Source: Thermodesulfobacteriota bacterium (GTDB lineage: Bacteria > Desulfobacterota > Desulfarculia > JACQYL01). From it: a DNA stretch of 64,000 bases. The notes under the pieces are model-generated. The model worked only from the letters and a program-made list of their open reading frames with translations, was not told the origin of the DNA and did no database searches. The stretch is from positions 1,696,001 through 1,760,000 of the forward strand of contig CAXXLZ010000002.1 of assembly GCA_963675595.2 (NCBI GenBank). The letters run 5' to 3'. The translations under genes and the position numbers were made by a program. This document shows, piece by piece, positions 60,596 through 64,000 of the stretch. Positions within the stretch are counted from its first letter, which is position 1. The number at the start of each line of letters is the position of its first letter.

Positions 60596-61044
60596 TCCGG
60601 GGCACACGCGAAAGATTCCCGCCAAAGGAGCCGTTGCCCTGGAAGGGAGCAAGGCTCGCCCACGCGTCAGCCTCTTTGCCCCGAAAACGAAGAGCGCTCC
60701 GGGTGCATGAAAAACAAACTGAAATCATATTTAGAAGGAAAGGTAAAGCAAAACAAGAAAGGCACGCAATAGGTGTCGATTCATCAGACTTTCGCCCCCG
60801 GCTTAAATCGTCCGGAGCAAGAAACCGCGTTCCCGATCAACTGCTGAAGCGTGTGCCCGGGACGGCATCCTACGGCAAGGCGGCGGACGGTGTCATGACA
60901 ACCGGGAGATCCGGCCACGCGACCCAAAGATATTGCCGTCTCATCATAAAAGAGGGTAATGGATGAAACATGAGAATGCCCGACCGTCCGTCGATGGAGC
61001 GATTGCCGAGCGAATCCGGTGGCAGGGAAAAAACGACGAGGGCC

Positions 61045-62082
61045 TCAGCCGCCGTTGGCCACGAGCTCAACCAATTTAGTATAGATGCGTGCGTCGAACT
61101 TGGCTTCCATGGTGTCATGCCGTAAGATTTTCAAGGCTTCCAAAGGGGGCAGTGCTTCGCGGTAGGGCCGTTTGTCCGTGGTCAGAGCTTCGTAGCAGTC
61201 CAATATGCCGATCACCTGTCCAGGCACACTGATATCTTTGATGCGGAGTGGGTACCCGCTTCCATCTTTCCGTTCATGGTGATGAAGCAGTCCCCCCTGA
61301 ATCACCGGCTGGCCGGTGTAATGGGGCGCGATTCGGCTCAGGATGTTCCAGCCGTACTCCACATGGAGCTTCATGATTTTGTACTCTTCAAGCGTAAGTC
61401 TTCTGCGTGCCTTAAGAATACCCTCGGGAATCAGGACCTTTCCGATGTCGTGCAGAAGTGCCGCGAGAGCCCATTGCTTCATGGCAAATCGTTCCAGGTC
61501 CTCCATTTCGACCTGTTTTTCCCTGGGCAGAGCAAAGGCCGCCCATGAAACTTCGCCGTTCCTCCGTTCCTTTTCGAGGTATCGTAACGTCAGGATCATA
61601 ACGTTCACGGAATGGCTGGCGGTGTTCAAATCCTTGGCCATTACCTTATGCATAAGCCGAAGAAGTGCTTCGCTGTCCTCAAGATCAATCAGGGCCACGT
61701 ATGCGTCCACCAGCCTTTCCAGTTCCCTGAGTTTCGCCAGGTTTTCGTCTTCGGCATCGACTCCGACAGCCTGGGCTGCGAAGTATTCATGCATCATCTG
61801 GATGGTCAGCCCTTTGACCAAAGCGGCCTTGCCTTCATCGAAGCGCCCCTGCAACGCCTCGATAAGCGCCTTTTCCACTTTGCCGCTCAAAAGGCGATGG
61901 TCCTCAAGTTTGACGTAGACTTGAATCCCCTTGCGCGTCAAATGATGCACGGCACCTGAGGAGAAGCTTTCGTTTCTGGGAAGGAATCGAACGAGCGCGC
62001 CTTGCTGGGGATGCACAATGTACACGGGTAGGTCTTTGTACGCGTTCAGGAGACTGGGCTGTAGGGGCATGAAACCGTTCAA
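61045..62082 (-). CDS. HD-GYP domain protein (putative cyclic dinucleotide phosphodiesterase)
   Basis: HSVNV, LLHDIGK, HHHERKDGSGYP, DCYEAL...RPYR. Confidence 0.9.
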   Translation of the reverse strand: MNGFMPLQPSLLNAYKDLPVYIVHPQQGALVRFLPRNESFSSGAVHHLTRKGIQVYVKLEDHRLLSGKVEKALIEALQGRFDEGKAALVKGLTIQMMHEYFAAQAVGVDAEDENLAKLRELERLVDAYVALIDLEDSEALLRLMHKVMAKDLNTASHSVNVMILTLRYLEKERRNGEVSWAAFALPREKQVEMEDLERFAMKQWALAALLHDIGKVLIPEGILKARRRLTLEEYKIMKLHVEYGWNILSRIAPHYTGQPVIQGGLLHHHERKDGSGYPLRIKDISVPGQVIGILDCYEALTTDKRPYREALPPLEALKILRHDTMEAKFDARIYTKLVELVANGG

Positions 62083-62574
62083 CAGTTACCTCGCAACAGG
62101 AAGAAACACCGCTTCGACGTTGAGTGAGGCCGCACAACAATCCCGGGATCCGATCAGCCGCAGGTCACTTCCCGTGGAAATGAAGGCGTCTCCGACCACT
62201 CGTCGTCTGGTACTCCTCCAACGGCAAAAGGAGCGCGCCCGATCTTTGAACGAACAGAACGAAGCTGGAGCCAACCAGAGTATCGACAAGGAGTCCAATT
62301 TCTTTAGTTGCTTTTCCTGAGAGCTCATTGGGCCGCATGTTTTTTCTTTGACCCAAGCAGGACTTGGGCTATAATTTTGCCCGGAAGAGGCAAAAAGTGA
62401 GTAATCGTACAATGATGAATGAAAACGCGAAAAAAACTTACTATTATGCCTTATCCCTTATTGATTTTGTTTACGCAGATACATTTGCTCGCCAAAAACA
62501 ACGCTATGCCCAACATACATAGTACAAATTATATCCAACTGCTTTCCAAATTCCTATAAATAGGAAATAACACA

Positions 62575-63408
62575 ATGACAAGCAAGCAAAAAATGGACGA
62601 TGACAAAGACCAGCCGGTCATCAGCCAAGAAGACCATGATGCCATAAAAAAACTCGCTTCATTCAAACCGGGTGTCTACAGGCATACGTCAATGGCTACA
62701 ATAGGCACGGGTTCCACATCGAAACGAAAGGTCCAGATTATAGATTACTATATAAAGGATTTAACTCCCGGAGAAGATATGCTCATCGAAGCACAGGTGG
62801 TCGACTATATGGGCAAACCCATTCAGATGTTTGATCGCCTCAAACCGAGCCAAGTCTACCAATGCAGACTGCTTTGCGAGGATATCAACAAGCTTCCCGA
62901 AATGCTGAAGAAGCTCCACATGCTGAAGTCCCATATTGCGGTGGCGGAACAGCATTATCAACGCTCCGAGTTCCACAGCGCCGAATACGAATTCGACAAC
63001 GCGCTAAAAATCGAAGGAAAGAATGTCGAAGCCAATTTAGGTAAAGGCAAGACGCTCTTCAAACTCGAGCGCTACGAGGAGGCTAGAGAGATATTTGACG
63101 AACTTGCCGACAACACCGAATTGTACACGGAAGAACACAAGCATCTGTTCAACGAATACGGGATCAACCTCAGGCAGCTTGAGATGTACGACAAGGCCAT
63201 CGAGTCCTACAAACGAGCTATCGTGGTGAATCCCTATGATCCCAACCTGTTCTACAATCTTGCCGTCGCCTACGTAAAGAAAAGGGATCGGGACTCCGCA
63301 ATCAAAGTCTTACAGCGAGCCGTCATGATCATGCAAAAATTGGAGAAGCGCGATTTCCCGGAAGCTCGAAGACTTCTCGAAAAACTGAATGCACCCAAAG
63401 GCGCTTGA
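62575..63408 (+). CDS. Tetratricopeptide repeat protein
   Basis: AEYEFDNALKI...ANLGKG, FNEYGINLR, DPNLFYNLA. Confidence 0.88.
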   Translation: MTSKQKMDDDKDQPVISQEDHDAIKKLASFKPGVYRHTSMATIGTGSTSKRKVQIIDYYIKDLTPGEDMLIEAQVVDYMGKPIQMFDRLKPSQVYQCRLLCEDINKLPEMLKKLHMLKSHIAVAEQHYQRSEFHSAEYEFDNALKIEGKNVEANLGKGKTLFKLERYEEAREIFDELADNTELYTEEHKHLFNEYGINLRQLEMYDKAIESYKRAIVVNPYDPNLFYNLAVAYVKKRDRDSAIKVLQRAVMIMQKLEKRDFPEARRLLEKLNAPKGA

Positions 63409-63465
63409 GACTGCATTCTCAAGGGGCCCTTCATCACGGTTTCGAGCGAAGCAAACAAGACGACC

Positions 63466-63503
63466 AACAAGGAGCGCAGGCATAAGCCTGCGCTCCTTGT
63501 TTT
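63466..63503. terminator. Likely bidirectional intrinsic terminator between the TPR gene and efp
   Basis: 16-bp perfect stem AACAAGGAGCGCAGGC / GCCTGCGCTCCTTGTT. Confidence 0.8.
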
Positions 63504-63546
63504 CATCCAATATCGAGTTGTAGCCTTTGAAACGGAAAGTCCGTCT

Positions 63547-64000
63547 TCAGCCTTTTACCCGTTCAATGTACTCCCCTGTCCGGGTGTCCACTTTGACCAC
63601 TTCTCCCTCGTTGAGAAAAAGCGGCACCTGAACCACGGCGCCTGTTTCCAGAATCGCCGGCTTTCCTCCTCCGCTGGCCGTATCGCCGCGAACTCCGGGC
63701 TCTGTTTCCTTCACGGCAAGTTCCACAAAGTTGGGCAGGTCGACGGCAATGGGCTTTCCCCGATGGAATCCGACGGTCACATCGATGTTCTCCTTCATAT
63801 AGAGCGCGCTGTCTCCCACCTGGTCGGGTGAGAGAAGGACCTGCTCATATGATTCATTGTCCATCATGCAGAACTGCTCACCCTCCTTGTAGAGGAACTG
63901 CATGCTTCGTTCCTCCAGGTCCGGCCGTTCCACCTTTTCGCCAGCCCGGAAGGTTTTCTCCAAAACCTGACCCGTTTCCATGTTCTTGATCTTTGTCCGG
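63547..64000 (-). CDS. efp: Elongation factor P (5' end outside window)
   Basis: RTKIKNMETG, MQFLY, PGVRGDT, VQVPLF, VDTRTGEY. Confidence 0.96.
   Translation of the reverse strand, partial: RTKIKNMETGQVLEKTFRAGEKVERPDLEERSMQFLYKEGEQFCMMDNESYEQVLLSPDQVGDSALYMKENIDVTVGFHRGKPIAVDLPNFVELAVKETEPGVRGDTASGGGKPAILETGAVVQVPLFLNEGEVVKVDTRTGEYIERVKG

Overview
The window looks like a GC-rich anaerobic Desulfobacterota-type (deltaproteobacterial) chromosome segment; this is inferred from gene content, not from a marker gene. Bases 1-16092 are the right part of an integrative element inserted at the 3' end of tRNA-Arg(ACG) (16093-16168, minus strand); its left boundary lies outside the window. On the + strand the element carries a Zn-finger ORF, small acidic ORFs, a 706-aa HerA/FtsK/VirB4-like ATPase with a C-terminal PD-(D/E)xK-like domain, two small 2-TM ORFs (one split by an IS3/IS407-group element), an excisionase-like HTH and a tyrosine integrase. 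Divergently, on the - strand, it carries an AT-rich ECF sigma / soluble zinc anti-sigma / HEXXH metalloprotease trio, an IS256, two membrane or exported ORFs, a frameshifted HTH pseudogene and a SNF2-like helicase of the kind found beside type III R-M loci. The best candidate for an undescribed system is the sigma/anti-sigma/protease trio, together with a shared bipartite motif (GGAAGACC-N10/12-TTCCCGGTG) upstream of two element genes. This may be a protease-triggered transcriptional switch for a mobile element with no recognisable relaxase or capsid gene in view. Bases 16.2-64 kb are mostly housekeeping and metabolic genes: ZIP, MFS, HdrD-like, moeA/mobB, lptG, dgt, a PopZ/RomR-like ORF beside valS, cheX, htpX, sfsA, tkt, a kinase/USP cluster, a CarS-like-phosphoesterase fusion, hdrA-mvhD-metV-metF, amtB-glnK-glnD, argS, alr, HD-GYP, TPR and partial efp. 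Two families of dispersed MITE/REP-like repeats are interspersed. All protein calls come from motif recognition by eye; no database searches were run.
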